Shown here: positions 17,001-25,341 of the stretch, piece after piece | Layout of the letters: the number at the start of each line of letters is the position of its first letter | Position numbering within the stretch: position 1 is the stretch's first letter | IMG/VR virus record: IMGVR_UViG_3300049830_000086 | Span: 1 to 54,237 of that record | Source of the DNA: a virus | Lineage: Duplodnaviria; Caudoviricetes | DNA length: 54,237 nucleotides | Direction: 5' to 3' (one strand) | Notes under the pieces: model-generated | The model's database searches: none | What the model saw: the letters and a program-made list of their open reading frames with translations, nothing else | What the model was told of the DNA's origin: nothing | Translations under genes and position numbers: made by a program

Positions 17001-17594
17001 CTATTTGAAGACTAGCTTAGGTTGAGGCACTATGCAACTCGAAAGAGTTGAAAAGATGCTTTCCTTATTAGTCGTAATTGATGTGACAACAAAGTAATTA
17101 GTGCTGTAAGCCGGCACGATAATTACTACGTTTGTGGTATAGGCTCCAGGCACATAATAAGTTATGTCATAGCAACCTACTTTCGAACCACAATAAATTT
17201 TGTAACCAGAAATATTAGTGTTATTGGGTAGATCCCAATTCACCACTACCTTAGCTTCTAGAAGGACTGCCTTAAAGAACAAGTTAGTCCTGGAGGGATA
17301 AATGCTAATACCATTTGAATCGGTCATCGCAAAGTATTTCCAGTTAATCATGTCAGTTGAAGACAAGACCTGGACTTTGTTACTGCATGACAACGTGTAT
17401 GTCCGGTTAGTTAACACTGGGTTATACACGTTTGTTCCTCTAATACGATTGGTATTAACAATCGCAGAGGGTAGGCTTAGGGTCATCCGTTGACCTGGCA
17501 TTGGAGGCATGACAGCCTGTGTAACTTGAGGTTTCGTCACAGTGCAACCTGCAAGAACAGCTGTGATAACTGCTAGGACGAGTATGTTTTTCAT
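17001..17594 (-). CDS. Lipoprotein with C-terminal fibronectin-III-like domain (start moved to MKNILV)
   Basis: Signal peptide with LAGC lipobox; W......ISGYKIY.G...YFVVTS...ES.FS. Confidence 0.7.
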   Translation of the reverse strand: MKNILVLAVITAVLAGCTVTKPQVTQAVMPPMPGQRMTLSLPSAIVNTNRIRGTNVYNPVLTNRTYTLSCSNKVQVLSSTDMINWKYFAMTDSNGISIYPSRTNLFFKAVLLEAKVVVNWDLPNNTNISGYKIYCGSKVGCYDITYYVPGAYTTNVVIIVPAYSTNYFVVTSITTNKESIFSTLSSCIVPQPKLVFK

Positions 17595-17642
17595 TTTTTT
17601 TTGTTTTGTTGAGGGGTGCCTGTTTCCAAGCACCCCAGTTGA

Positions 17643-18185
17643 TTAGACTACATCGGAACCGATAGCCTTCAAGAAGGTCGTAACGGCAGGAGCTCCGTAA
17701 GTGGCTACGCTAGCTAAGAGATCAGAGCCTGCGGCGCTGAGCAACTCTTTAGCGAACAAACCAGCTTCAGAGCGAGTTACCCCATTGGCTTTATTTGAGC
17801 CAGGGAGATAAAATGAGCTGATGGTATTAGACTTACCATTAGCAGAGACACCGTATGCATAACCACCTTGAACATTGAAAGTTGCATAGATCTTACCATT
17901 TAATTTGAACAAAGAGCCAATTTGGGCGGAATTGTCAACAGTAGGCTTGTAACCGGTGAGGACTTCAGTCAACTCAGCCAAGCGTTGGGTAGTGACATCA
18001 TTAGGCCATTTGTCGAACAAGGCCTGAATATCATTGTGTTCATCTGCTTCAACATCAGGAGAATACTTGTCCATGATCACTTGTGCGAAAGCATGGCTTA
18101 CAGGTGTAGCGTTAGCAACAGCTTTTGCAGTGGAGGTTGAAGGAGCAGCTTGGAAGCTTTGACGAATAGCGAATTTACGACTCAT
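17643..18185 (-). CDS. Hypothetical protein
   Basis: 180-aa ORF followed by GGGGTGC/GCACCCC hairpin. Confidence 0.65.
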   Translation of the reverse strand: MSRKFAIRQSFQAAPSTSTAKAVANATPVSHAFAQVIMDKYSPDVEADEHNDIQALFDKWPNDVTTQRLAELTEVLTGYKPTVDNSAQIGSLFKLNGKIYATFNVQGGYAYGVSANGKSNTISSFYLPGSNKANGVTRSEAGLFAKELLSAAGSDLLASVATYGAPAVTTFLKAIGSDVV

Positions 18186-18266
18186 TAGTGTGTGTTTAGT
18201 TAGTGTTAGTTACGAGTGGTTGTTACCTAGGATGCTCGTACACCCGTGTTTTTTTATTTTTGTAAA

Positions 18267-18343
18267 TGGTGCACTTAGGTGGGATCGAACCACCGACCTG
18301 GGGATTAGAAGGCCCCCGCTCTATCCAACTGAGCTATAAGTGC
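18267..18343 (-). tRNA. tRNA-Arg(TCT)
   Basis: Loop CTTCTAA; CCA. Confidence 0.92.
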
Positions 18344-18344
18344 A

Positions 18345-19157
18345 TTAAATTGCGTCTGGGCAAAGGTGTCTTACTTCACACCATTTGCATAAGTACGATG
18401 GTTTGGTCGGGAATGCCTTATTCCTGATCGCTTCCAGAACTTGATTGATTTCAGTATGCAAACTAGCTTTAAGCTGCTGTAACTGTTCCTTAGTTCTAGT
18501 AGATACCATGTCTTTGTCGTGCTGTAGATAATGCCAGACTAAAGTCACATTCTCTACATTAGGATACATGTCCAATACTCCGAGAGCATAGGTGGCCAAC
18601 TGTCTGTCTTCATCACAGTCTTTCTGAGAAGGCATCTTGTTACCGGTCTTATAGTCATGTACTTCGAGGTGTGTAGGGTTGATCTCATCTATCCTATCAA
18701 CTACTCCACCCATCTTAAATTCTGTGCTATCAGCGATTTTGATCTTTATCCTTTGTTCTACGCTCAACAATTTGTTTTGGTTGAACGGATAAAATCTATT
18801 GTAATAATCGGTTAAGCATTTGATCCCAAGCTCTTTATAGTGAGCCATGGGCTTTTCTCTTCTAACAATTTTGATTCCGGAATGCCATTTGTCCTGCCAC
18901 ATCAATGTATACAAACCAAGTACAGAACTTAAAGTCCAAAGATTGCCTTTACTTGCTTCTAAATAGAGAGCCTCCAAGCATTCGTGTACACGTTTGCCGA
19001 GGAACAGTTCTACAGTATCTACCTTCTCAGCATGTCCGCCTTTAGCAACGTAGATTAACTCATACTTGCGTGGACAGCCTCGGTAGCAGCTTAGGCTAGA
19101 GTGTGAAAATGATCTTGGTTTGGCACTCTTGTCTTGTACTTGATTTGTGTCATTCAT
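18345..19157 (-). CDS. PD-(D/E)XK RecB-family (Cas4-like) exonuclease
   Basis: SHSSL..Y..CP, G..VH..LE, GVVDRID, DYKTG, QL..Y, C-terminal CxxC...C. Confidence 0.88.
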   Translation of the reverse strand: MNDTNQVQDKSAKPRSFSHSSLSCYRGCPRKYELIYVAKGGHAEKVDTVELFLGKRVHECLEALYLEASKGNLWTLSSVLGLYTLMWQDKWHSGIKIVRREKPMAHYKELGIKCLTDYYNRFYPFNQNKLLSVEQRIKIKIADSTEFKMGGVVDRIDEINPTHLEVHDYKTGNKMPSQKDCDEDRQLATYALGVLDMYPNVENVTLVWHYLQHDKDMVSTRTKEQLQQLKASLHTEINQVLEAIRNKAFPTKPSYLCKWCEVRHLCPDAI

Positions 19158-19354
19158 ATTGGAAATTTACAGGTGTTCTTCAAGAACCGTCTGAGCGGGT
19201 GGATACCTCGCTCTCCGGCATGACAGCTGTAAAAGGGCAATGACTTATCAGCAGGCATCACCTTAACCACGGACTTGGAGGTTTCTTGAACCTTACATCC
19301 ATGAGCTTTAGCGACTTCTACTAGATCCCAGAATTCTTTCGACTGGTGTTTCAT
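19154..19354 (-). CDS. Small protein, possibly HicA-like fold
   Basis: 66 aa with alpha-beta-beta-beta-alpha pattern and a late His. Confidence 0.35.
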   Translation of the reverse strand: MKHQSKEFWDLVEVAKAHGCKVQETSKSVVKVMPADKSLPFYSCHAGERGIHPLRRFLKNTCKFPI

Positions 19355-19553
19355 TTGTGTCCTTCCTCAACTGTTCAATTACAGCATCAGCGTATTTAGC
19401 ATACCATTCGTAGTTATACGCAGACATCTGATTCAACAGTGTATCAACTGCCTTGAGCTGGTCAATACTAAATCCATGTTTTTGGATTAAGTCATTGAAG
19501 CGTGAATATAACAAGCTTGTACGTATTCCTTTAGGCGTCAGATTTACTGCCAT
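19308..19553 (-). CDS. Hypothetical protein
   Basis: 81-aa ORF. Confidence 0.5.
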   Translation of the reverse strand: MAVNLTPKGIRTSLLYSRFNDLIQKHGFSIDQLKAVDTLLNQMSAYNYEWYAKYADAVIEQLRKDTNETPVERILGSSRSR

Positions 19554-20166
19554 GGTGATCCACAGGTTTGAATGTTTTCTTAGCCATGATAGCTCTGATT
19601 TGGTCTATACTAACAGGCTTTAGGCCGTGGCAGTCTACACCTACATCAAAACTCATGCTATTAGGATCGTCCGGTAAAGTACCGTGCGAATGTCCATAAA
19701 GATGCCAGGCACCTCTATGACTCTTGTTCCACGTACGCATAGCGTAGTGGCACAGCACTATCTGCTGTCCTTCGATTTGGATTTCGTGAAGGCCTCCAAG
19801 GAACTGAATCCTATCTTTGAGGTCTGGGTAATAATCAATCACCGTTGCAAAATCCTTCAACGGTTTGTCATGGTTACCCCAAATGAACTTGTACTTACCA
19901 TTTAGCCTGCGTAAAAGTCGAATAACGTTTTGAGTACCACCGAAGCAAAAATCGCCTAAGTGAATAACTTCGTCATCTGGCTTAACCAAAGCGTTGTGGT
20001 CAGCTATCATCTTCTCTGTCATCTCGGTAGCGCGCTCTGCTCCTACCGCTTTATTAACCCAAGCTCCATCCTTATCCAAGTCACCTGGCCTAATGTAAGG
20101 CCTCTTAACGTATCTGATGATATTGGCGTGGTAGTAATGGGTGTCACTTTCTATCCATGTTGCCAT
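19531..20166 (-). CDS. Calcineurin-like phosphoesterase (start moved to MATWIESDTH)
   Basis: SDTH..H.NII, HLGD, GNHD, LCHY, LYGHSH, DVGVD. Confidence 0.9.
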   Translation of the reverse strand: MATWIESDTHYYHANIIRYVKRPYIRPGDLDKDGAWVNKAVGAERATEMTEKMIADHNALVKPDDEVIHLGDFCFGGTQNVIRLLRRLNGKYKFIWGNHDKPLKDFATVIDYYPDLKDRIQFLGGLHEIQIEGQQIVLCHYAMRTWNKSHRGAWHLYGHSHGTLPDDPNSMSFDVGVDCHGLKPVSIDQIRAIMAKKTFKPVDHHGSKSDA

Positions 20167-20171
20167 AAAAT

Positions 20172-20249
20172 TGGCGGGAGTGACGAGACTTGAACTCGCG
20201 ACCTCTTGCGTGACAGGCAAGCGCTCTAACTCTTCTGAGCTACACCCCC
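20172..20249 (-). tRNA. tRNA-Asp(GTC)
   Basis: CTTGC-CTGTCAC-GCAAG; G73; CCA. Confidence 0.93.
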
Positions 20250-20256
20250 TTAAAAT

Positions 20257-21546
20257 TCAACGTGTTACGATCGCAGTAAATCCATTGCCTCGTGCTTCAT
20301 ACATCTTTCTTTTTCCAGATACACGAGTGTTGAGAAAATGATCAATTCTTGCTTTAGGTACGGCAGGAAACGCAGTGTAAATGTCTTCCTTAGTTTTGAC
20401 AACGGCTTCTTTGAGGAGGAAATCCTTTATAGCGGTATCTACACGATTGCCTTTTCCTTTACCACAACCTTTTCCTGTTAGCTTGGCATTCCAAGTCGAT
20501 ACTGGTGGTCGGTAGGTTGGGTCCGACTGTTGTATACAGGTTACCATCTTGTCCAACTCCATAGTCATATTGATGACTTGTTCCTTGAACCCGGCTGTTT
20601 GCTCTGTCAAAAACTTTTGTTTTAACTCAGCAATTCTCTTTTCTTCATCTTGTATTTTTTGCCATTGTGTGGCAGCTTCAGGTGTCATAAATCGTTTAGG
20701 TATAAATATGTAAGGTTTATAGTTTAGTGTGCGTCGTAAGCTTAAGTCATCCCATTTTACGTGCACGTATCTGTCTTCGTCGATAGTGATAGGATTAAAA
20801 AGCTCTATGCGGTCTTCAAATCTGTTACTTAATAAATCAGTATCAGATAGCATTTTATTGAAGACTTCAGAATCGTTAGTGCCAAATAACCAACACCATT
20901 TAAGTTTATCTCTAGGATCTGAGATCATCCAATGACGGTAGTATTGTTTTTCTACAATCATATCTGTCAGCGGGTAAGCTTCTGCAATAGATGCTCCGGC
21001 GCGATACGCACCTAAGTTTCGGCAACATTGATTAAAATTTACTCGAACTAGCAGATCGAACTCTGGAAATTTATCGCGATAGAGTTTAACTGTTTTTGAC
21101 GATGGGGCTCCGTAAGGATCAGAGACTACCAATCCTTTTGAGTATTTAGCGCTAATGTCGTTAAGAACGTAGTCCGCTGAGTTATCTCCACGTTTAATAT
21201 GTAGAGGGTAACTTTTGTCTTTTGCAATGTTAATTGCTCTAACTTTTAATGTTTCGGCAGCATCAAGATCATATTCGATAGCAATTATCTCTGTAGACAG
21301 CTCAGGATGATGCTCAAACAGTCTCATAGCTTGCAGAGGTGTACCAAGTATCTCCTCGACAGTACCATTGTTATGTTTGATCACATTGTAACCACATCCT
21401 GCATTGAGCTCACATAACGTGTACTCTTTTGTTTGCATAGCATGGATATGAGACAAGATAATCTGCGGGTACTCTTTTATTTTATCAAGTGTCGATAAGC
21501 TAGTTTTACTAAATGATAACAGCTTATCTTTTTCATGTTCATGCAT
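20257..21546 (-). CDS. TcmP-like (three-Cys-motif partner) methyltransferase-fold protein (start moved to MHEHEK)
   Basis: K......Y, ELNAGCG, GTP, IE.D, GD, DPYG motifs. Confidence 0.55.
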   Translation of the reverse strand: MHEHEKDKLLSFSKTSLSTLDKIKEYPQIILSHIHAMQTKEYTLCELNAGCGYNVIKHNNGTVEEILGTPLQAMRLFEHHPELSTEIIAIEYDLDAAETLKVRAINIAKDKSYPLHIKRGDNSADYVLNDISAKYSKGLVVSDPYGAPSSKTVKLYRDKFPEFDLLVRVNFNQCCRNLGAYRAGASIAEAYPLTDMIVEKQYYRHWMISDPRDKLKWCWLFGTNDSEVFNKMLSDTDLLSNRFEDRIELFNPITIDEDRYVHVKWDDLSLRRTLNYKPYIFIPKRFMTPEAATQWQKIQDEEKRIAELKQKFLTEQTAGFKEQVINMTMELDKMVTCIQQSDPTYRPPVSTWNAKLTGKGCGKGKGNRVDTAIKDFLLKEAVVKTKEDIYTAFPAVPKARIDHFLNTRVSGKRKMYEARGNGFTAIVTR

Positions 21547-21550
21547 AAAT

Positions 21551-21624
21551 TGGAGCGGATAGCGGGAATCGAACCCGCTCAGTGACATTGGAAGAGTCAC
21601 AGGCTACCATTACATCACATCCGC
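21551..21624 (-). tRNA. tRNA-Gly(TCC)
   Basis: Loop CTTCCAA; U73; CCA. Confidence 0.9.
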
Positions 21625-21706
21625 GTTGGCGTAGTCTCTCCCACGGTCACACACTCGGGCCGGTGTTAACAATTCCTCCCAAGTAACGCTTGTGTACGCG
21701 CTAGAT

Positions 21707-22054
21707 TCAGTTGAACTTGAATGGATTATCTGGAGTTGCTTTAGTTGAGCTCTTAGGCTCTTTGAACTTAAAGGCAACCTCAGGTTTATCTGGGTGCTGG
21801 TCAATTTTCATTTTGACCTCCATCAATTTCATTATCAGCCAAAAGCCTTCGATACCAAAAGCGTTAGATTGTGGTCTTACGATGTATCTGGCGATAGCTT
21901 CTTTCATGCCTTGGTATTTTTCTTTGACACTAAGGCCCATGAGTTTCTTGAAGCCTTCTCGGTCTTCATCCGTAATATTTGCTTTGAGTGATCCTGGATT
22001 AGGTTGTGACATTACTTCAAGGATCATGTCAATAGACTGTAGTTCTTCGTCCAT
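21707..22054 (-). CDS. Hypothetical protein
   Basis: 115-aa ORF. Confidence 0.6.
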   Translation of the reverse strand: MDEELQSIDMILEVMSQPNPGSLKANITDEDREGFKKLMGLSVKEKYQGMKEAIARYIVRPQSNAFGIEGFWLIMKLMEVKMKIDQHPDKPEVAFKFKEPKSSTKATPDNPFKFN

Positions 22055-22068
22055 AGTTTTTGTTTTGT

Positions 22069-22143
22069 TGGTGCAGAATAGAGGGATCGAACCTCTGACC
22101 TACTCCGTGTCAGGGAGTCGCTCTACCGCTGAGCTAATTCTGC
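22069..22143 (-). tRNA. tRNA-Val(GAC)
   Basis: ACTCC-CTGACAC-GGAGT; CCA. Confidence 0.93.
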
Positions 22144-22145
22144 AA

Positions 22146-22229
22146 TGGTGCGCGCAGCTGGAGTCGAACCAGCGAACCCGAAGGAGCAGATTTACAGTCT
22201 GCCTGTTTTGACCACTTACCTATACGCGC
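22146..22229 (-). tRNA. tRNA-Tyr(GTA)
   Basis: GCAGA-CTGTAAA-TCTGC; variable arm; CCA. Confidence 0.92.
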
Positions 22230-22235
22230 ATTAAG

Positions 22236-22487
22236 TTATTCTGGATCTAATCTACGTTCCTGGTGCTCAGATAATTTGGCAACAGGTTTGTCGTTGTGTA
22301 TGTCAGGGTAGATCTCGTATTCCACTGACAAAGGACCATAAAGCTGGTAGTCCGGCTTATCTTTAGGAGTAGTTATCAAAGCACCTTCGCCAACGACTTG
22401 TACATTAAGCCGCTGCATAACGTGTTCTTTTACTATCCTATCGATCTCTTCTGAGCTAACCCTGATTTTGCTTGATAAAGGGTTCAT
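22236..22487 (-). CDS. Small protein, tandem paralog 1, C-terminal RRLDPE
   Basis: KIRVSSEEIDRIV N-terminus resembles the two upstream ORFs. Confidence 0.6.
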   Translation of the reverse strand: MNPLSSKIRVSSEEIDRIVKEHVMQRLNVQVVGEGALITTPKDKPDYQLYGPLSVEYEIYPDIHNDKPVAKLSEHQERRLDPE

Positions 22488-22717
22488 AGTGATGGATCCA
22501 TTCTTCTTGTCGATTCGTCTGGATGTGTTGATGGAGAAGCATTGCCTCCCTTAGGTTTAACTGAGAATACAAGGCTTATGGCCCCATAATTGTTATACTC
22601 AGTCTCTCCAAAACGATGCTTAGTAACAGTTATGTCAGTAACATCAACATTAAACTTAGTTTGTACAATCGATTTGAGAGTCTCAGTTATTTCTTTTTCG
22701 CTTAGTCGTATCTCCAT
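22484..22717 (-). CDS. Small protein, tandem paralog 2, C-terminal RRMDPSL (start moved to MEIRLS)
   Basis: MEIRLSEKEITETL; starts 1 nt after the upstream stop. Confidence 0.6.
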   Translation of the reverse strand: MEIRLSEKEITETLKSIVQTKFNVDVTDITVTKHRFGETEYNNYGAISLVFSVKPKGGNASPSTHPDESTRRMDPSL

Positions 22718-22718
22718 A

Positions 22719-22976
22719 TTAGAGGGTTGGGTCGATTCTACGATCCTGGTTGACGGCGTTACTGACAGCGTTGGTCTCCACAACACTCGTCGGTTCAGTG
22801 TTAGGGGGAATAACAGCTTCCTGTATATCCACTCTGGTAGAACTGGTCTGAGAGTCTTTATCATTGTAGTCTTGAAAACTGATAGACATCTTTCCAGCTT
22901 GCTGTAACCCATATCGTTCTTTGATATATCGACCGAGAATGCTAAGGACTTCATTGTTCGTAAATATGATTTTCAT
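22719..22976 (-). CDS. Small protein, tandem paralog 3, C-terminal RRIDPTL
   Basis: MKIIFTNNEVLSIL. Confidence 0.6.
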   Translation of the reverse strand: MKIIFTNNEVLSILGRYIKERYGLQQAGKMSISFQDYNDKDSQTSSTRVDIQEAVIPPNTEPTSVVETNAVSNAVNQDRRIDPTL

Positions 22977-23124
22977 TTTTCTTGTCCTCGGCTTTTAGTC
23001 TGTGTCGAGTAAGACGATTGAGTTTTTGTTTATCCTTGCCTGTGAACTTATTGCAGCATGAGCACTTTAAGCCACCGGGTACGATAAAGCTATGTTGTGT
23101 TGATTTGAATAAGTCCATAAAGGT

Positions 23125-23208
23125 TGGTGCGACTAACTGGACTTGAACCAGTAAGGTATTACCCAGAAGTTTTTGAGACTTCCGCGTCTGCCATTCCGCC
23201 ATAGTCGC
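23125..23208 (-). tRNA. tRNA-Leu(CAA)
   Basis: GAAGT-CTCAAAA-ACTTC; variable arm; CCA. Confidence 0.93.
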
Positions 23209-23217
23209 GATTGAGAT

Positions 23218-23301
23218 TGGTGCTACTAAGAGGACTTGAACCTCTACGTCTTACGACACAAGTCTCTCAAACTTGCGCGGCTGCCATTACGCCATAGTAG
23301 C
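23218..23301 (-). tRNA. tRNA-Leu(GAG)
   Basis: CAAGT-TTGAGAG-ACTTG; variable arm; CCA. Confidence 0.92.
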
Positions 23302-23303
23302 AT

Positions 23304-23377
23304 TGGTGCGCTCACAGAGAATCGAACTCTGGTCAATCGCTTAAAAGGCGGTTGCTTTACCACTAAGCTATAAGCGC
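23304..23377 (-). tRNA. tRNA-Lys(TTT)
   Basis: Loop CTTTTAA; CCA. Confidence 0.9.
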
Positions 23378-23794
23378 TTTATATGTAGGTTTACGCGAGC
23401 ACGTGCGAACTCTGTGACAGTTAGCGCATACTATCTCGCATTTTCTTATTTCAGCTTTCAATGTGCCAATTGGGTAACCTAGATTTACTAAATGAGAAAT
23501 ATTACCAAGTTTTTTACCTTTAACATGGTCAAACTCCAAACAAACTAATCTATCTTCTGGGCAGTCATTACACTTCTTTTTGTATAAAAACTTTAGCATG
23601 AACCTGCGATTGAAAGCTCTCGTTAATAGCTTTCGTTGTTTTACAGCATTCTTATGCTTTACCTTATTGTTACTGTAGTACTCTTTACTTTTTTCTTTGT
23701 TGCACTTTTTACAATAAGGTTGTAATTTTCCTTTACCTTTAGAATTGAACATAGACTCGTCTAAGTCTTCGTCACAGCAATTGCAATGTTTCAT
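23363..23794 (-). CDS. HNH endonuclease
   Basis: CxxC...YCKKC; C.DC.E....LEFDH...EIRKCEIVCANCHRVRT; stop codon inside tRNA-Lys. Confidence 0.88.
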   Translation of the reverse strand: MKHCNCCDEDLDESMFNSKGKGKLQPYCKKCNKEKSKEYYSNNKVKHKNAVKQRKLLTRAFNRRFMLKFLYKKKCNDCPEDRLVCLEFDHVKGKKLGNISHLVNLGYPIGTLKAEIRKCEIVCANCHRVRTCSRKPTYKALIA

Positions 23795-23800
23795 GTTATG

Positions 23801-23829
23801 ATTGTAATTGCCTTTTAACTTATAGTCAA
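23801..23829 (-). promoter_or_regulatory. Sigma70-type promoter, probably leaderless HNH mRNA
   Basis: TTGACT-N17-TACAAT-N6-ATG. Confidence 0.7.
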
Positions 23830-23841
23830 CTTAAAAGTCAT

Positions 23842-23916
23842 TGGTGGAGCTGCGGGGAATCGAACCCCGATTTCCAGCGTGCAAAGCTGGCGTACTACCG
23901 TTATACAGACAACCCC
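23842..23916 (-). tRNA. tRNA-Ala(TGC)
   Basis: G3:U70; CCAGC-TTTGCAC-GCTGG; A73; CCA. Confidence 0.93.
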
Positions 23917-23918
23917 AC

Positions 23919-24377
23919 TTATAAATCTGGATCGAGCCGTCTAGGCTCTTCTTCTTTTTTACCGAACTTACCAACCCCAGATAGGTTAGCCAAGAACTCT
24001 AAGATAGCCTGTGCCATCTCAGACTCACTAGGACAATGCATATAGCCTTTGTCTTTGAAAGGATGCGGGTTCTTCTTAGCATACTCCTGCTTAAACTTAA
24101 CCATGAAGTCTGCCAATTCATCCCGCTTAGATACTATAGCTGTAAAGTCATATGGATGCTCAGGTATATCTGCTACCTTCGTCACTAAACCCAAAGACTT
24201 ACAACCAGGTGCGATCTTCATCAACCATAGACCCTCGCTTAGTTTCATTCTATCTGCGAGGAACTGACCTTCTAGCTCTTGTGCGATACCATTACCACCC
24301 CTTACACGCACACCACTAGCCTTGTCAGTTACAGCTATGTGATACTCGCCACCTTTTCTGTAATAGAGGGTAGGCAT
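23919..24377 (-). CDS. Hypothetical protein, C-terminal RRLDPDL
   Basis: 152-aa coupled ORF. Confidence 0.6.
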   Translation of the reverse strand: MPTLYYRKGGEYHIAVTDKASGVRVRGGNGIAQELEGQFLADRMKLSEGLWLMKIAPGCKSLGLVTKVADIPEHPYDFTAIVSKRDELADFMVKFKQEYAKKNPHPFKDKGYMHCPSESEMAQAILEFLANLSGVGKFGKKEEEPRRLDPDL

Positions 24378-24691
24378 TAGTTTGTCTCGGTTATAGGTGT
24401 AACACGGTAGATGCTGTTTTCAGTATGTAGCAGGTTACCCTCAATTCTTTTGACATAGGAGGTATGGAACAGCCCTGGAGTCATCACACCGTTTCTATTA
24501 GTGCGCATCATGACCAGAGGCTTATCCAGCTCTACATCGTTCTCCAATACACCGATAGCCCAATAATCAATGGGAAGACTGACCGGTCCATTATCTTGAC
24601 CAGCTACATAGCCTTTTCGATCAGGTGTGGGAGCAGCCGGGTTATGCACCGGGCTTAGCTTCTCGATTTTTATTTGAATACCTTTTTTCAT
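24377..24691 (-). CDS. Hypothetical phage protein (start moved to MKKGIQ)
   Basis: F.TS.V..I......TENSIY motif; the longer start overlaps a Y-like RNA. Confidence 0.6.
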   Translation of the reverse strand: MKKGIQIKIEKLSPVHNPAAPTPDRKGYVAGQDNGPVSLPIDYWAIGVLENDVELDKPLVMMRTNRNGVMTPGLFHTSYVKRIEGNLLHTENSIYRVTPITETN

Positions 24692-24702
24692 AGTAAGTTG
24701 TA

Positions 24703-24834
24703 TTGTGGGGAAAAACGTCACAAAGGTTTACGCGCTCTAGCCAATTGAGCTACCTGCCGATAGTCGGCAGGGAAGGGCTCGAACCTCCAACCTCGATCTC
24801 CATAAGATGAACTTTGTAACTTACACCACCACAA
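24703..24834 (-). ncRNA. Y RNA (YrlA)-like element, array copy 1, permuted tRNA module
   Basis: GTGGTGTAAG...GTTCATCTT; T-arm GGAGG-TTCGAGC-CCTTC, acceptor hairpin CTGCCGA-CTA-TCGGCAG, D-arm GCTCAATTGGCTAGAGC; 3' TTTTTCCCCACAA. Confidence 0.8.
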
Positions 24835-24841
24835 AGTGAGC

Positions 24842-24930
24842 AGATAGGGAAAAGCGGACCAACGTTTGCCCCTTTCGGAGCTGGTTTCATTTGCAGTGAA
24901 GATGAACGTCGGGATCCTACACCACTATCT
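24842..24930 (-). ncRNA. Y RNA-like element, array copy 2 (short, no tRNA module)
   Basis: AGATAGTGGTGTAG...GTTCATCTT...TTTTCCCTATCT with paired termini. Confidence 0.7.
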
Positions 24931-24939
24931 AAATTGAAC

Positions 24940-25042
24940 TGCAGGGAAAGTCGAAACAAGAATTGCGGATTTGAACCGCTAAGCCCGGGTTTTACGCCAG
25001 GTTCTTAACCAATAAGATGTATCTCATTTCTACGCCACTGCA
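24940..25042 (-). ncRNA. Y RNA-like element, array copy 3
   Basis: TGCAGTGGCGTAG...TACATCTT...TTTCCCTGCA; internal anticodon-like hairpin and T-arm GCGG-TTCAAAT-CCGC. Confidence 0.7.
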
Positions 25043-25059
25043 AAAGTGTTTGACGGGAA

Positions 25060-25186
25060 GAGGGGAAATCAGCAACGAAAAGTTTGTCACACGTCCTACC
25101 AACTATGTGACGAGGTTTTAACTATATCCTCTCGACTTACGCCGTTTAGCTTTCGCCAAAGATGAACTTCGTTTGCTTCGCCACTC
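25060..25186 (-). ncRNA. Y RNA-like element, array copy 4
   Basis: GAGTGGCGAAG (GNCGAAG consensus)...GTTCATCTT...TTTCCCCTC; multi-hairpin insert. Confidence 0.7.
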
Positions 25187-25196
25187 AAAATTGAAA

Positions 25197-25324
25197 GACA
25201 GGGAAAATTGAACTAACATTGTTTCTGTGCTACCATTACACTACCCCGGCATAAAGCCAGGGCTAGGATTCGAACCTAGACTAGTCTTTTGAACGAAGAT
25301 GAACGTCAATTCTACACCACTGTC
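25197..25324 (-). ncRNA. Y RNA (YrlA)-like element, array copy 5, permuted tRNA module
   Basis: GACAGTGGTGTAG...GTTCATCTT; T-arm CTAGG-TTCGAAT-CCTAG, acceptor CCCTGGC/GCCGGGG, D-arm GTGTAATGGTAGCAC; 3' TTTTCCCTGTC. Confidence 0.8.
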
Positions 25325-25341
25325 AAAAATTCTAGTTCGTG

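Noticed and set aside
18345-19157. Cas4-like gene as part of a CRISPR-Cas system
   Set aside because: Standalone RecB-family nuclease typical of phages; no cas1, cas2 or array
24703-25324. Repeat array as a CRISPR locus
   Set aside because: Units share only short motifs, have unit-specific paired ends and structured variable-length inserts; this fits an RNA family, not identical repeats with spacers
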